From: a virus
Taxonomy: Duplodnaviria; Heunggongvirae; Uroviricota; Caudoviricetes
Reading direction: 5' to 3' (one strand)
Virus record (IMG/VR): IMGVR_UViG_2778261256_000001
DNA: 6,605 nucleotides
Shown: positions 5,390 to 6,605 of the stretch, piece by piece
How the letters are laid out: the number at the start of each line of letters is the position of its first letter
Numbering within the stretch: the stretch's first letter is position 1
The notes under the pieces: model-generated
What the model was told of the DNA's origin: nothing
The model's database searches: none
The model's input: only the letters and a program-made list of their open reading frames with translations
Made by a program: the position numbers and the translations under genes

Positions 5390-5758
5390 ATGTCAAACAT
5401 CAAAAAATACATCATTGATTACGACTGGAAAGCATCAATAGAAATTGAAATCGACCATGACGTAATGACAGAGGAAAAACTTCACCAGATTAATAATTTC
5501 TGGTCAGACTCTGAATACCGACTCAATAAACACGGCTCTGTATTAAATGCTGTATTAATCATGCTGGCGCAACATGCTCTGCTTATAGCAATTTCAAGCG
5601 ACTTAAATGCATATGGTGTTGTGTGTGAGTTCGACTGGAATGATGGAAGTGGTCAGGAAGGATGGCCTCCAATGGATGGTAGCGAAGGAATAAGAATTAC
5701 CGATATCGATACATCAGGAATATTTGATCCAGATGATATGACTGTCAAAGCCGCCTGA
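5390..5758 (+). CDS. ea10: Ea10 early protein, 122 aa
   Basis: Complete ORF. Length and position match lambda ea10. Confidence 0.9.
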   Translation: MSNIKKYIIDYDWKASIEIEIDHDVMTEEKLHQINNFWSDSEYRLNKHGSVLNAVLIMLAQHALLIAISSDLNAYGVVCEFDWNDGSGQEGWPPMDGSEGIRITDIDTSGIFDPDDMTVKAA

Positions 5759-5830
5759 GCGCGGCGTTACCGCATACCAATTACGCTTCACTCGAGGCGT
5801 TTTTCGTTATGTATAAATAAGGAGCACACC

Positions 5831-5995
5831 ATGCAATATGCCATTGCAGGGTGGCCTGTTGCTGGCTGCCCTTCCGAATCTTTACTTGAACGAATCACCC
5901 GTAAATTACGTGACGGATGGAAACGCCTTATCGACATACTTAATCAGCCAGGAGTCCCAAAGAATGGATCAAACACGTATGGCTATCCAGACTAA
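5831..5995 (+). CDS. cIII: CIII, 54 aa, inhibitor of FtsH-mediated CII degradation
   Basis: Hand translation [54 protein letters not shown] matches lambda CIII. Shine-Dalgarno GGAG upstream. Confidence 0.92.
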   Translation: MQYAIAGWPVAGCPSESLLERITRKLRDGWKRLIDILNQPGVPKNGSNTYGYPD

Positions 5996-6107
5996 ATTCA
6001 CTATCGCCACTTTTATTGGCGATGAAAAGATGTTTCGTGAAGCCGTCGACGCTTATAAAAAATGGATATTAATGCTGAAACTGAGATCAAGCAAAAGCAT
6101 TCACTAA
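5964..6107 (+). CDS. kil: Kil, 47 aa, host-killing/FtsZ-inhibiting peptide; overlaps the cIII 3' end by 32 nt
   Basis: [47 protein letters not shown] is the C-terminal part of track ORF 5838..6107. The overlap geometry is as in lambda. Confidence 0.88.
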   Translation: MDQTRMAIQTKFTIATFIGDEKMFREAVDAYKKWILMLKLRSSKSIH

Positions 6108-6478
6108 CCCCCTTTCCTGTTTTCCTAATCAGCCTGGCATTTCGCGGGCGATATTTTCACAGCTATTTCAGGAGTTCAGCCATGAACGCTTATTACATTC
6201 AGGATCGTCTTGAGGCTCAGAGCTGGGCGCGTCACTACCAGCAGATCGCCCGTGAAGAGAAAGAGGCAGAACTGGCAGACGACATGGAAAAAGGCCTGCC
6301 CCAGCACCTGTTTGAATCGCTATGCATCGATCATTTGCAACGCCACGGGGCCAGCAAAAAAGCCATTACCCGTGCGTTTGATGACGATGTTGAGTTTCAG
6401 GAGCGCATGGCAGAACACATCCGGTACATGGTTGAAACCATTGCTCACCACCAGGTTGATATTGATTCAGAGGTATAA
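6062..6478 (+). CDS. gam: Gam, RecBCD inhibitor: long form 138 aa, with a short-form start at 6182 (MNAYYIQ...)
   Basis: Complete ORF. Matches lambda Gam as recalled. Confidence 0.95.
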   Translation: MDINAETEIKQKHSLTPFPVFLISLAFRGRYFHSYFRSSAMNAYYIQDRLEAQSWARHYQQIAREEKEAELADDMEKGLPQHLFESLCIDHLQRHGASKKAITRAFDDDVEFQERMAEHIRYMVETIAHHQVDIDSEV

Positions 6479-6483
6479 AACGG

Positions 6484-6605
6484 ATGAGTACAGCACTCGC
6501 AACGCTGGCTGGGAAGCTGGCTGAACGAGTCGGCATGGATTCTGTCGACCCACAGGAACTGATCACCACTCTTCGCCAGACGGCATTTAAAGGTGATGCC
6601 AGCGA
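6484..6605 (+). CDS. bet: Bet recombinase (Red-beta), N-terminal 40 codons; continues beyond the window
   Basis: MSTALATLAGKLAERVGMDSVDPQELITTLRQTAFKGDAS matches the lambda Bet N-terminus. Starts 5 nt after the gam stop. Confidence 0.9.
   Translation, partial: MSTALATLAGKLAERVGMDSVDPQELITTLRQTAFKGDAS

Noticed and set aside
6210-6569. Alternative-frame ORFs over gam and bet (6210..6524 plus, 6366..6569 minus)
   Set aside because: They overlap the well-supported gam and bet reading frames.
1-6605. CRISPR arrays, tRNA or rRNA genes
   Set aside because: No regularly spaced direct repeats with unique spacers and no cloverleaf-like or rRNA-like segments were seen. The only tandem repeats are the four origin iterons.

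Overview
This window is the early, immunity and replication region of a lambda-type temperate phage or prophage, lying in the opposite orientation to the conventional lambda map. Gene order left to right: IS10 end inserted in ren; P and O (minus strand, with the lambda origin iterons inside O); a diverged cII, a Cro-like gene and a divergent 228-aa CI-like repressor with their own operators; a small membrane-anchored ORF plus terminator where lambda carries rexA-rexB; then PL/OL, nutL, N, sieB (minus), orf28, ral, ea10, cIII, kil, gam and the start of bet. Proteins for N through bet and for O and P match lambda proteins as I recall them, and gene lengths, overlaps and intergenic gaps fit the lambda layout; all lambda comparisons here are from memory, not a search. 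The core between about 1800 and 3712 is a heteroimmune module I cannot assign to lambda, 434 or P22 from memory. The most interesting element is the unrecognised small ORF at 3253..3567, which is co-transcribed with the repressor in the rexAB slot and is a candidate lysogen-expressed exclusion or defence function. No tRNA, rRNA or CRISPR array was seen.
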